Shown: in pieces, positions 28,312 to 37,245 of the stretch
How the letters are laid out: each line of letters starts with the position of its first letter
How positions within the stretch are numbered: position 1 is the first letter of the stretch
NCBI GenBank assembly: GCA_033763315.1
Contig: JANRKS010000026.1
Location: 32,531 to 96,530 of the forward strand
Source of the DNA: Deltaproteobacteria bacterium
GTDB taxonomy: Bacteria > Myxococcota_A > Polyangia > Fen-1088
DNA: 64,000 nt
Direction: 5' to 3'
The notes under the pieces: generated by a model
Seen by the model: only the letters and a program-made list of their open reading frames with translations
Databases searched by the model: none
Told to the model about the DNA's origin: nothing
Program-made: the position numbers and the translations under genes

Positions 28312-29004
28312 TCAATGGCAAGAGGACGGAGGGCCCGCAGACGCATTCAGCGCGCGCCACACCAAAAACGCGGCCGCCAATAAAGGCGCGCCGCGCCTTA
28401 GCCAAAGTTCAAGCCGGGGCCACCGCGCCAGCGCGTCCCACTGTGTTTGCACCGCGGCCAAAGCGGGCACGCCTCCCAGGGCGAATGCCCCCATGACGAT
28501 CGCTCCCAAGGCCAGTGAGCCGGCGCCAACCGCCGCCATGTACCCACCCCACAGCACGCCACAGGGCAAAAAGGGCGTGGCCGCACCCGCGATGGCTCGG
28601 CTGTAGAGCGGCGAAAAATGTGCACCCCTTCTTACGAGTGCGTGCGCAACTTGCGCCAGGCTGCGGGGCAAACGCACGCGGCGCCCAAGGTCGCATGCGG
28701 CCACCACGAATCCAGCGGCCATCACAAAAGGCAACACGCGCGCCACCGATGACAACCAATGCGCCAGGCTTTGCCCCACAAGGCCAAGCAACGCGCCCAC
28801 AAACGTATACGCGAACAAGCGACCTGTGTTCCACGCCAAGGCAGCTTGCCACTTCGACAAGCGCTTGCTCCCCAAGCCCGCGCAAGCCAGCGGCCCGCAC
28901 ATCAAGGCGCAGTGGCCACTGGCAGAAAAACCTGCAACCAACGCACCCGCGGCCGCCGAGATCCACAAGCCTGCGTGCAGTTGAAAAAGCGAACTCACAG
29001 GCAC
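28312..29004 (-). CDS. TauE/SafE-like membrane protein with an HCxxMCGP motif (cbb3-cluster associated)
   Basis: [15 protein letters not shown] motif; multi-TM profile; divergent from ccoI with only a 16-nt gap. Confidence 0.7.
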   Translation of the reverse strand: MPVSSLFQLHAGLWISAAAGALVAGFSASGHCALMCGPLACAGLGSKRLSKWQAALAWNTGRLFAYTFVGALLGLVGQSLAHWLSSVARVLPFVMAAGFVVAACDLGRRVRLPRSLAQVAHALVRRGAHFSPLYSRAIAGAATPFLPCGVLWGGYMAAVGAGSLALGAIVMGAFALGGVPALAAVQTQWDALARWPRLELWLRRGAPLLAAAFLVWRALNASAGPPSSCH

Positions 29005-29020
29005 GCATCATTCAATCGGC

Positions 29021-31459
29021 ATGCCGTTCGCAAAGTGCTTGCCTATGCCGCTGGGCAGCCCCTCACTTCGCGAAAAGCCTGCACCGTCACTGTGCGCTCA
29101 CTGTGGGCAAGTGGTGCCCGAGGCTTTGCGCAGCACAGGCTTTTGCTGCGCGGGTTGCGACGCTGTTTACCAGCTGCTGCACAATGAGGGGCTCGATCGA
29201 TACTACGAACTTGCCGGCAAACGCACGTTGCCGGTGGGTGCGGCTCCCGCGCAAGTCACACACACGTGGCTTGAGCCCTTGCTCGCGCAGGCCGAAACCT
29301 CGTCCGGCCCCGTGTGCAGCGTTGAATTGGATGTGCAGGGCATTCACTGCGCTGGCTGCGTGTGGTTGATGAATGAAACGTTTCGGCGCACCGACGGCGC
29401 TGTGACGATCACCGTGAACCCAACGCTGGGGAAAGTGCGGTTGGTGTGGCACAAGGGCCTGCTTAACCTGCGTGACTGGGTTCGCGGCATCGAGCGATTC
29501 GGTTACCGCTTTGGACCAAGCCGCAAGGTCGGTGCACGCAGCACCAGTTCGCTCACGTGGCGGTTGGGCCTGTGTGTGGCGTTGTCGATGAACGTGATGC
29601 TGTTCTCGATCAGCTTCTATTTCGGCTTGTCGCGCGACGACGGCGTCATCTACTCGCTCTTCACGTGGTTGTCGCTGGCGCTATCAGCCGCCGTGGTGGT
29701 GATCGGCGGCGAAGTGTTTTTCCGCGCCGCTTGGCTCGGCCTGCGCCAGGGGGTTTTGGCAATGGATCTGCCCATCGCTTTGGGCATTGCCCTGGTCTTT
29801 GGTGCTTCTGTTACGCAAGTGCTCGCAGGCCGCGGCGGTGAGCTGACCTACTTCGATACCCTCAACACGTTCGTGACGTTGATGCTGCTTGGGCGGTGGT
29901 TGCAGCAAAAGGCGATCGAACGCAACCGCACCTTGTTGTTGGAAGACGATGGCGCCGAAGGCATCTTCGTGCGTCGCTTGCAGGCTGGCGGCCCCATCAC
30001 CGTACGTGCACCGCAATTGAACAAAGGCGATCAGGTCTTGGTGGCGCCCGGCGAACTTGTGCCCGTGGACGCTCGCTTGATAAGCGATAACGCCACCGTC
30101 TCCACCGATTGGATCACAGGTGAGCCCACACCCACCACGCTTGCACAATCACAGGTGATCGGAGCGGGCAGCTTCAACGCGGGCAACGCCCCTTTCATTG
30201 CACAAGCCTCCACTGACTTTGCTGAATCACCTTTATGTGCGTTGCTGCGGGCACCGCTCGCGCGCCGGGAAGCCGGCAAGGTTGTATTGTGGGACCGGCT
30301 GGCACGTTGGTGGTCCGCGTCCGTTTTGCTGCTGGCCACCGCGGGGTTCGCGCTGTGGTGGTTCATCGATGCGGGCCGCGCGCTTGATGTGGCCACGGCA
30401 CTCCTGGTGATCACGTGCCCGTGTGCCTTAGGCATCTCGCTGCCCTTGGCGCGTGAGCTGGTGCATCTGCGTTTACGAAAGCAAGGCTTTTTCCCGCGTG
30501 ATCCGGCTCTGCTTGAAAAGCTGGTGACCACCCGCAAATTGATCTTCGACAAAACCGGCACGCTGACGCTCGGCCACCTCGAGCTCGACGACGCTGGTGC
30601 CCTGGCGGCCTTGCCCGCGCGCACGCGTGACATCGCGTACACCATGGCGGCTCAAAGCGCTCACCCTGTGTCGGCATGCCTCGCAAAAGCACTCAAGAAG
30701 GCGGGCGCGCACTGGCTTCCCGATGTGAAAGTGCAAGAACAACCCGGCGCGGGCCTGATGGGCGTGGCGGCCGACGGCGAATGGCGGCTAGGCAAAAGCA
30801 CCTTTGCGGTAGGTGGCCACGACGACAACGAAGGCGGGATCGTTCTCGCGTGCAAAGGCACACTGGCGGCACGATTTTCCACACGTGAGGTTTTGCGCGC
30901 CGATGCCGCCTCGCATGTGCGAGCGCTTGTAGCACAAGGCTACGCGATTCACCTCATGTCGGGCGATCGCCAAGAGCGCGTGGCCGCCTTGGCCGTGCGT
31001 CTTGGCATCCCCGCGCATCAGGCCTCAGGTGGCCTCAGTCCTGACGATAAGGGCACACGTGTGGCTGCGCTCGATGCCAACGACACGTTGTTTTTAGGCG
31101 ACGGCGTCAACGACACACGCGCCTTCGATCGCGCAAGCGTTGCCGGCACCGTGGCGGTGGATCGGCCTGTTTTACCCGGCAAATCACATTTCTTTCTTTT
31201 GGGTGAGGGATTGAGCGGGTTAACAGCCGCGCTTGCAGCCGCGCAACACTTGCGCCGGGTAACGCTGCGTGTGCTGTTGATTTCGCTTTCCTACAATGTG
31301 TTGGCGGTCACCGCGTGCTTGCTTGGCGCGATGACACCGTTGCGCGCGGCTTTGACCATGCCAGCCAGCTCGTTGGTTCTGCTCAGCATTACTTTGTGGT
31401 CCATCGAACGGAAACCACAAGCCGATAAACCCTTGGTTCTTGCGGAGGTGACGCCTTGA
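29021..31459 (+). CDS. ccoI: Heavy-metal (Cu) translocating P1B-type ATPase, CcoI/FixI type
   Basis: N-terminal Cys-rich metal-binding domain (CAHCGQ..FCCAGCDAVYQLL), TM motif ITCPCALGIS, phosphorylation site DKTGTLT, and GDGVNDT. Confidence 0.9.
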   Translation: MPFAKCLPMPLGSPSLREKPAPSLCAHCGQVVPEALRSTGFCCAGCDAVYQLLHNEGLDRYYELAGKRTLPVGAAPAQVTHTWLEPLLAQAETSSGPVCSVELDVQGIHCAGCVWLMNETFRRTDGAVTITVNPTLGKVRLVWHKGLLNLRDWVRGIERFGYRFGPSRKVGARSTSSLTWRLGLCVALSMNVMLFSISFYFGLSRDDGVIYSLFTWLSLALSAAVVVIGGEVFFRAAWLGLRQGVLAMDLPIALGIALVFGASVTQVLAGRGGELTYFDTLNTFVTLMLLGRWLQQKAIERNRTLLLEDDGAEGIFVRRLQAGGPITVRAPQLNKGDQVLVAPGELVPVDARLISDNATVSTDWITGEPTPTTLAQSQVIGAGSFNAGNAPFIAQASTDFAESPLCALLRAPLARREAGKVVLWDRLARWWSASVLLLATAGFALWWFIDAGRALDVATALLVITCPCALGISLPLARELVHLRLRKQGFFPRDPALLEKLVTTRKLIFDKTGTLTLGHLELDDAGALAALPARTRDIAYTMAAQSAHPVSACLAKALKKAGAHWLPDVKVQEQPGAGLMGVAADGEWRLGKSTFAVGGHDDNEGGIVLACKGTLAARFSTREVLRADAASHVRALVAQGYAIHLMSGDRQERVAALAVRLGIPAHQASGGLSPDDKGTRVAALDANDTLFLGDGVNDTRAFDRASVAGTVAVDRPVLPGKSHFFLLGEGLSGLTAALAAAQHLRRVTLRVLLISLSYNVLAVTACLLGAMTPLRAALTMPASSLVLLSITLWSIERKPQADKPLVLAEVTP

Positions 31460-31620
31460 TCGTGGTGGCTTTGCAGTTGTTGGTGAGCTTGCTGTTGGTT
31501 GGCGGCTCATTGGTCTTGTTTGTGCATAGCGTGCGGCAACGAGACTTCGATCACGCCGATCGATTGTCCTTGGCCCCACTTGAAGACGACACCCACAGCT
31601 CCACGCAGAAGCAGCGCTGA
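31456..31620 (+). CDS. ccoS: cbb3 oxidase maturation protein CcoS/FixS (54 aa, not in the ORF track)
   Basis: TTG start overlaps the ccoI stop (TTGA). One TM ([23 protein letters not shown]) followed by [19 protein letters not shown], the CcoS-like pattern. GTG 31462 is an alternative start. Confidence 0.65.
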   Translation: MIVVALQLLVSLLLVGGSLVLFVHSVRQRDFDHADRLSLAPLEDDTHSSTQKQR

Positions 31621-31633
31621 AAGCCGACATCAC

Positions 31634-33967
31634 ATGCAGACGCAGACAATCGAATACAACGACAAGGTCGTTCGCCAATTCATCTTCGCCTCCGTTGTTT
31701 TCGGCATCGTGGGCATGCTGGTGGGCGTATTGGCAGCCGTGCAGCTCACGTGGTGGCAGGCGAACTTTCAGATCCCTTATCTCACGTTTTCGCGCATTCG
31801 CCCCCTGCACACGAACGCCGTCATCTTTGCGTTCGTCGGCAACATGATGTTCGCGGGCGTTTATTACTCAACCCAGCGCCTGCTCAAGGCACGCATGGCG
31901 TCCGAGGTGCTGTCACGGGTTCACTTTTGGGGTTGGCAGCTCATCATCGTTGCCGCCGCGGTCACCTTGCCCTTGGGCATCACGACCTCGAAAGAATACG
32001 CCGAGCTTGAATGGCCGATCGACATTGCCATCGCGCTTATATGGGTTGTGTTCGCCATCAACTTTTTTTGGACGCTGGCCAAACGGCGCGAAAAGCATTT
32101 GTATGTCGCGATCTGGTTCTACATCGCCACGATCATCACGGTGGCAGTGCTGCACATCGTGAACAGCTTGGCGCTGCCGCTGTCACCGTTCAAAAGCTAT
32201 TCGGTGTTCTCAGGCGTACAAGACGCATTGGTGCAGTGGTGGTACGGGCACAACGCGGTGGCATTCTTTCTCACCACGCCCATCCTCGGCATCATGTATT
32301 ACTTTCTGCCGAAGGCGGCCGAGCGCCCCGTTTACTCCTATCGCCTGTCGGTGATTCACTTTTGGGCGCTGGTGTTCATCTACATCTGGGCGGGGCCACA
32401 CCACTTGCTGAACACGGCGTTGCCCGATTGGGCACAATCGCTGGGCATGGTGTTCTCGGTGATGTTGTGGGCACCCTCATGGGGCGGCATGCTCAATGGC
32501 TTGCTCACGCTTAAGGGAGCGTGGAACAAGTTGCGCGAAGATCCCGTGCTGAAGTTCTTCGCAGCCGCCGTGACATTTTACGGCATGGCCACCTTCGAGG
32601 GCCCGTTGCTTTCGATCAAATCGGTGTCTGCCTTGGCTCACTACACCGACTGGATCGTCGGCCACGTGCACTCGGGCGCGCTGGGCTGGAACGGCTTGAT
32701 GGCGGCCGGCATGTTCTATTGGTTGGTGCCACGCCTTTACGGCACGAAGCTGCGTTCGGTGAAGGCGGCGGAGCTGCACTTCTGGTTGGCCACCATTGGC
32801 ATCGTGCTTTACATGGTTTCGATGTGGATCGCTGGCGTGAACCAGGGACTCATGTGGAAGGCCACCAACCCCGACGGCACGCTCGTTTATCCCAGTTTCG
32901 TGGAAAGCTTGCTGGCCATCCGCCCGATGTACATGGTGCGCGCGCTCGGCGGCACAATGTATCTGGTGGGCTTTGTGATGATGGCGTGGAACCTGTTGGC
33001 CACCGCGCGATCGGGCAAGCCCGTCACCGTAACTGTGGAAGTGGAAGTGCCAGAAGCAGAGCCCGCCGGCCCTGGCATCGGCGCGGTGTTGGCAGGGCGC
33101 CCCCTGTGGTTCGCCTTGGTGGCCATTGTGGCGTTGGTGTTGTTAGGTGTGGCGCGGCCCATGCGCGCGGTGGTGCTCATCGGCTTCATCTTGCTGCTGG
33201 GAGAACTGGCCTGGATCCTCGCCCGCCGCGACAAGGAGCTTGGCAAGCCATCGTGGTTCAACGTCATCGAACACCGGCCTTTGGCGTTCACCGTATTGAC
33301 TCTGATCGCGGTATTGATCGGCGGCGTGGCGGAATTGCTGCCCACCATCTTGGTGAAGCAAGCGGTGCCCGCGCACACGGCGAATGCACAGAAGCCCTAC
33401 ACGCCGCTTGAGCTTGAAGGCCGCGACATATACCTGCGCGAGGGTTGCTACACGTGCCATTCACAGATGGTGCGCCCGTTGCTCGGCGACACAGCACGCT
33501 TTGGCGCTTACTCAAAACCCGAGGAGTTCATCTACGACCATCCCTTTCAGTGGGGCAGCAAGCGCACAGGCCCTGATCTTCACCGCGTGGGCGGCCGCTA
33601 TCCGAACCTGTGGCACTACAGCCACCTCAGCGATCCCCGCAGCACGAGCCCGGGCAGCAACATGCCATCGTACGTGTGGCTTGAACGGCGTCACATTGAT
33701 GCCAAAGCCACAAACCAAAAGCTACACCTAATGCAAAAGCTCGGTGTGCCTTACACGAACGCGATGGTTGACAGTGCCTTTGCCGACACCAAGGGACAGG
33801 CGGCCACAATCGTGAGTGATTTGGCCGCCCAGGGCGTGGAGTTGCCGTGGGATTCGGAAATGGTGGCGATGATCGCATACCTGCAACGCCTGGGGCGCGA
33901 TGAAGGCGTCAAAGCCGCGCCGCAACCCGACACCTTGACCATGGTGCCGCACCAAGGAGCGCGCTGA
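31634..33967 (+). CDS. ccoN: Fused cbb3-type cytochrome c oxidase subunits I and II (CcoN-CcoO)
   Basis: The CcoN body ([23 protein letters not shown]-like [21 protein letters not shown]) continues without a stop into CcoO motifs ([33 protein letters not shown]). Confidence 0.9.
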   Translation: MQTQTIEYNDKVVRQFIFASVVFGIVGMLVGVLAAVQLTWWQANFQIPYLTFSRIRPLHTNAVIFAFVGNMMFAGVYYSTQRLLKARMASEVLSRVHFWGWQLIIVAAAVTLPLGITTSKEYAELEWPIDIAIALIWVVFAINFFWTLAKRREKHLYVAIWFYIATIITVAVLHIVNSLALPLSPFKSYSVFSGVQDALVQWWYGHNAVAFFLTTPILGIMYYFLPKAAERPVYSYRLSVIHFWALVFIYIWAGPHHLLNTALPDWAQSLGMVFSVMLWAPSWGGMLNGLLTLKGAWNKLREDPVLKFFAAAVTFYGMATFEGPLLSIKSVSALAHYTDWIVGHVHSGALGWNGLMAAGMFYWLVPRLYGTKLRSVKAAELHFWLATIGIVLYMVSMWIAGVNQGLMWKATNPDGTLVYPSFVESLLAIRPMYMVRALGGTMYLVGFVMMAWNLLATARSGKPVTVTVEVEVPEAEPAGPGIGAVLAGRPLWFALVAIVALVLLGVARPMRAVVLIGFILLLGELAWILARRDKELGKPSWFNVIEHRPLAFTVLTLIAVLIGGVAELLPTILVKQAVPAHTANAQKPYTPLELEGRDIYLREGCYTCHSQMVRPLLGDTARFGAYSKPEEFIYDHPFQWGSKRTGPDLHRVGGRYPNLWHYSHLSDPRSTSPGSNMPSYVWLERRHIDAKATNQKLHLMQKLGVPYTNAMVDSAFADTKGQAATIVSDLAAQGVELPWDSEMVAMIAYLQRLGRDEGVKAAPQPDTLTMVPHQGAR

Positions 33968-34125
33968 TGTATCACAAATTCTATGAGGGCATGAACTACG
34001 CGGACCTTCCGTTGTTTGCACTGCTGTTGTTTCTAAGCACCTTTGCGGCGGTGGTTTTGCGCGTGACGGTGATGAAGAAGCGGCAAGATTTCGATCGGGT
34101 GTCGCGGCTGCCTCTCGACGAGTGA
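33967..34125 (+). CDS. ccoQ: CcoQ/FixQ-like small subunit (52 aa, not in the ORF track)
   Basis: ATG overlaps the ccoNO stop (TGATG). One TM (LPLFALLLFLSTFAAVVL) followed by KKRQDFDRVSRLPLDE. Its stop overlaps the ccoP ATG (TGATG). Confidence 0.6.
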   Translation: MYHKFYEGMNYADLPLFALLLFLSTFAAVVLRVTVMKKRQDFDRVSRLPLDE

Positions 34126-34724
34126 TGACCATGAATTCCAATCCAACCTCTAAGGCACACACAGAAGCCATGACCTCACGCGATCAGCAGCCTCCGGTTC
34201 ATCACGTTTTCGATGACATCGAAGAACAGGACAACCACCTGCCCAACTGGTGGCTGGCCATCTTGTTCGCAAGCATCGTGTTTGCATTTGGGTATTGGTT
34301 TGTGTTCGAAACCACCGCGTCGGCGCCATCGCCCTTGACGGCGTATCTGCGTGAAATGGCCGCCATCGCGAAGCAACGCGCTTCTGTTGGCCCTGTCACC
34401 GATGAATCCTTAGCGATCATGGCCAAGGACGGCAGCACGGTAAACGACGGAAAGCACACGTTCGGACAGATGTGCGCGCCATGCCACGGCCCCAATGGCC
34501 AGGGCAACGCGGGCCCGAACCTCACCGATAAGTTCTGGTTGCACGGCGCCAAACCCACCGACGTGCACAAATCGATCACCAACGGCTTTCCAGACAAAGG
34601 CATGCCAGCGTGGGGGCCGATGCTGGGCGATGCACGCGTGCGCGCCTTGTCTGCGTACGTTGTTTCCTTGCGCAACACCAACGTGCCGGGCGGCAAGGCG
34701 CCCCAGGGCGATCCGGTCGAATGA
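34125..34724 (+). CDS. ccoP: cbb3-type cytochrome c oxidase subunit III (CcoP), single-haem form
   Basis: CcoP N-terminal signature DDIEEQDNHLPNWWLAILF and only one CxxCH (CAPCHGPNGQG). GTG 34122 is an alternative start. Confidence 0.8.
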   Translation: MTMNSNPTSKAHTEAMTSRDQQPPVHHVFDDIEEQDNHLPNWWLAILFASIVFAFGYWFVFETTASAPSPLTAYLREMAAIAKQRASVGPVTDESLAIMAKDGSTVNDGKHTFGQMCAPCHGPNGQGNAGPNLTDKFWLHGAKPTDVHKSITNGFPDKGMPAWGPMLGDARVRALSAYVVSLRNTNVPGGKAPQGDPVE

Positions 34725-36118
34725 AGAGGTCGTTGCCCATCCTCCAAGACTCGGCGCCTTCGTCCATCCGCGCGGATGGTAGGCGTGTGCCGATCTTTCC
34801 TTTGGATGTGAAGGGCAAATTCATCACCGCGCGCCGTATTGTGTTTGCGCTGTTGATCGCGCTTTATGCCGGAGCACCGCTTGTTCACGTTGGCGGCCAT
34901 CCAGCCATTCATCTTGACGTCGCGAAGCGGCAGTTCTTCTTGATGGGCGGCACCTTCAACGCGCAGGATTTTTGGATCGTGCTGTTGTTGGCCACGGCGG
35001 CCGCGTTTGCCTTGTTGTTCATCACAGCGTGGCGTGGCCGCATGTGGTGTGGCTGGGCGTGCCCGCAAACGGTCTTTCTTGAAGGCGTGTTTCGCCCCAT
35101 TGAACGTTTGTTGGAAGGCCCGCGTTCACGACGGCTGAAAATGCAGCGTGCCCCCTGGACTGCGCTGCGGCTGCTTCGCACCACAACCAAGCACGTGCTG
35201 TATCTGGTGGCGGCGGCCGGCGTGGCCCACATCGCATTGGCGCTGTTTGTGTCGCTCGACGATCTGTGGGGCATGATCAAAGACGGCCCCGTGGGTCACG
35301 CGGCGCCGTTGGCCTGGGCCATCGCCATCACGGCGGTGCTCTATTTCAACTTCGCGTGGTTCCGTGAGCAGTTCTGCGTGGTGCTGTGCCCCTACGGCCG
35401 CATGCAGTCGGTGCTGCATGATCAAGATTCGATCGTGGTGGCGTATGACCCCGGTCGCGGTGAACCACGCGGCCCGCTCAAGAAAGCGGCGCTTGCAGAG
35501 CCGACCGGCCATTGCGTGGATTGCAAAAAGTGCGTTCACGTGTGCCCCACGGCCATCGACATCCGCAACGGTTTGCAAATGGAATGTTTGGCGTGCGCGC
35601 AATGCATCGACGTGTGCGACGAAGTGATGGAGAAGATCGGCCGCCCCAAGGGTCTCATTCGGTTCGCTTCTTTAAACGAATTGCTGGGCAAAGGCCGTCG
35701 CGTGATGCGCCCGCGCTTGTTGCTCTACGCTGTTTTGTGCCTTCTGTGCAGCACGGGGTTTGCCGTGGCCGTGGTGGGCCGCACACCGTTTGAAGCCAAC
35801 ATCTTGCGCGCGCCCGGCGTGCCCTGGGTGCTTGAAGGCGCAAACGTGCGAAACCAGGTGGACATCCACTTGGTCAACAAGCATGCACAGCAGGCGTCGT
35901 TCAGCATCTCGGTGCAAAGCGATTTCCCTGCCAGCGTACAGCTTGGCCAACGCGTCGTGGTTTTGGATTCGTTGGCGGGCACACGCGTCCCTGTGGTCGT
36001 CACCGTCGCCCGCAAAGACTTGCACGCGGGCAGCGAGCTGACCCTGCGCATTGAAGATCTGCAGACGGGGCAGGTCAAAAACCGCCAATTGCGCCTCCTG
36101 GCCCCCGGCGTGCACTGA
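34721..36118 (+). CDS. ccoG: Cytochrome c oxidase accessory protein CcoG/FixG (4Fe-4S ferredoxin membrane protein)
   Basis: ATGA overlap with the ccoP stop; WCGWACPQTVFLEG; two Cys clusters (CVDCKKCVHVCP, CLACAQCIDVCD); C-terminal Ig-like tail. Confidence 0.9.
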   Translation: MKRSLPILQDSAPSSIRADGRRVPIFPLDVKGKFITARRIVFALLIALYAGAPLVHVGGHPAIHLDVAKRQFFLMGGTFNAQDFWIVLLLATAAAFALLFITAWRGRMWCGWACPQTVFLEGVFRPIERLLEGPRSRRLKMQRAPWTALRLLRTTTKHVLYLVAAAGVAHIALALFVSLDDLWGMIKDGPVGHAAPLAWAIAITAVLYFNFAWFREQFCVVLCPYGRMQSVLHDQDSIVVAYDPGRGEPRGPLKKAALAEPTGHCVDCKKCVHVCPTAIDIRNGLQMECLACAQCIDVCDEVMEKIGRPKGLIRFASLNELLGKGRRVMRPRLLLYAVLCLLCSTGFAVAVVGRTPFEANILRAPGVPWVLEGANVRNQVDIHLVNKHAQQASFSISVQSDFPASVQLGQRVVVLDSLAGTRVPVVVTVARKDLHAGSELTLRIEDLQTGQVKNRQLRLLAPGVH

Positions 36119-36163
36119 ACCAGCGTGTCCGGGCGGCGCGACACATGTCCGTGCTTCCCGGTC

Positions 36164-36199
36164 ACACCGTGACAGTTTGGCCATACACCGGACAGTTTG
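36164..36199 (+). repeat. Direct repeat spaced 21 bp (possible regulator-binding site)
   Basis: ACACCGTGACAGTTTG (36164-36179) and ACACCGGACAGTTTG (36185-36199) lie in the ORF-poor gap after ccoG. Confidence 0.4.
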
Positions 36200-36317
36200 A
36201 AGGGCGATGTTCGCGTGCGGGACGATGGTAACTCATTGAAATTTCACAACCGGGGGCCACGCATGGGATTGGCACAACCTTTGAAGAAGGAAGGGCAAAC
36301 CCAACAAGGAAACGCTT

Positions 36318-36476
36318 ATGGCTGGCTTCGTGGCACGTGTATCTTTAGGACTGTTTGTTTGCTCGTTTGTGGGCACCGCCAAAGCGCCGCCTACGAAGAC
36401 GAACAACGTCCACCACGCCGCCCCAGTCAAAGCCTCTCCTGACATCAAGCGCGCGCCCACGGTTTCTTTGCGCTAG
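36318..36476 (+). CDS. Possible small secreted peptide (52 aa)
   Basis: AAGGAA lies 8 nt before the ATG. Signal-like N-terminus MAGFVARVSLGLFVCSFVGTAKA followed by a polar tail. No homology recognised, and the ORF is short. Confidence 0.25.
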   Translation: MAGFVARVSLGLFVCSFVGTAKAPPTKTNNVHHAAPVKASPDIKRAPTVSLR

Positions 36477-36691
36477 CGTCGGATCGCTTCGGATCGTCGT
36501 TTCGGTTAGACCACCGCGGCCCGCGCCGATGCACGCAAACGTCACGCGTGTTTCACCACGCCAAGCGGCGGCGTTCTACGAAACCGTGTGATTTGCGGGC
36601 GTTGCGCTAAACCGCGGCCGCCCCGGACACAAGGCACCGGGATTGCTCTCACGTTCAGCGTCGCCGCAAGCGACGAAGAAAGAGGAGCGTC

Positions 36692-37243
36692 ATGAAAACA
36701 AATGCTTTGGTTGCGAGTGTATTCGGGCTCGCGGCGTTCACGGCCACAACCGCGGTGGCCCCCGTGGCGAGCGCGACGGATGAATCGATTGCCGTTTATG
36801 TGGAAGGGATGGGTGGATCGCAAACAAACAACGCGGGTGATTCGGCAGGCGCCTTAGGCGTGCAAGCGGGTGTGCAACTGTTCTTCCTCGAGGCCTACGC
36901 CAGCCAAACGGCCTTCTCAGGCAGCGCCAGCGTCACACGCGCTGTGCTTGGGCCCTTCTTCGACATTGACGTCGGCAAGTGGGAACTCTCGCTTCACCTG
37001 GGCGTCGGCGGCATCCGCGACAGTGGCGGCGTTCTGCTGGGCAACGACTTTTCAGGCCCACAAACAGGCGGCGTGGCGCGGTTGGGCCTGGCATTGGATC
37101 GCGACCTAGGCGATTTCTTCGCCATCGGCGCCAGCCTTTATACGGAAGGCTATGCCGTGCGAAACGAAGACACGAAGGAAGATTGGACGCGCGGATCCAG
37201 CGTGCTTTTGTCGGGTCATCTGCGTTTTGAGTTGGGCATCTAG
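36692..37243 (+). CDS. Outer-membrane beta-barrel-like protein
   Basis: RBS AAGAGGAG; signal peptide ending VASA; alternating hydrophobic pattern; C-terminus GHLRFELGI. Confidence 0.6.
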   Translation: MKTNALVASVFGLAAFTATTAVAPVASATDESIAVYVEGMGGSQTNNAGDSAGALGVQAGVQLFFLEAYASQTAFSGSASVTRAVLGPFFDIDVGKWELSLHLGVGGIRDSGGVLLGNDFSGPQTGGVARLGLALDRDLGDFFAIGASLYTEGYAVRNEDTKEDWTRGSSVLLSGHLRFELGI

Positions 37244-37245
37244 CT

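Noticed and set aside
28242-28346. A 35-nt overlap between the MFS transporter ORF (track start 28346) and the TauE-like gene end (28312).
   Set aside because: The first 35 codons of the track ORF ([22 protein letters not shown]...) are Arg/Pro-rich and non-hydrophobic. ATG 28241 begins the conserved transporter N-terminus and removes the overlap.
36331-36347. Sigma-54 -24/-12-like TGGCAC boxes (36331, 47692; a GGGCAC-N..-AGC on the minus strand near 47750) that might be targets of the FHA-sigma54 activator.
   Set aside because: The -12 element (TTGC) is missing or mis-spaced, or the site points away from any gene. No convincing TGGCAC-N5-TTGC was seen upstream of any operon in this window.
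36197-36442. ORF 36197-36442 (81 aa) as the missing FixH/CcoH of the cbb3 cluster.
   Set aside because: It has no TM anchor and no FixH-like sequence, its composition is basic and low-complexity, and it overlaps the better-supported small signal-peptide ORF in another frame.
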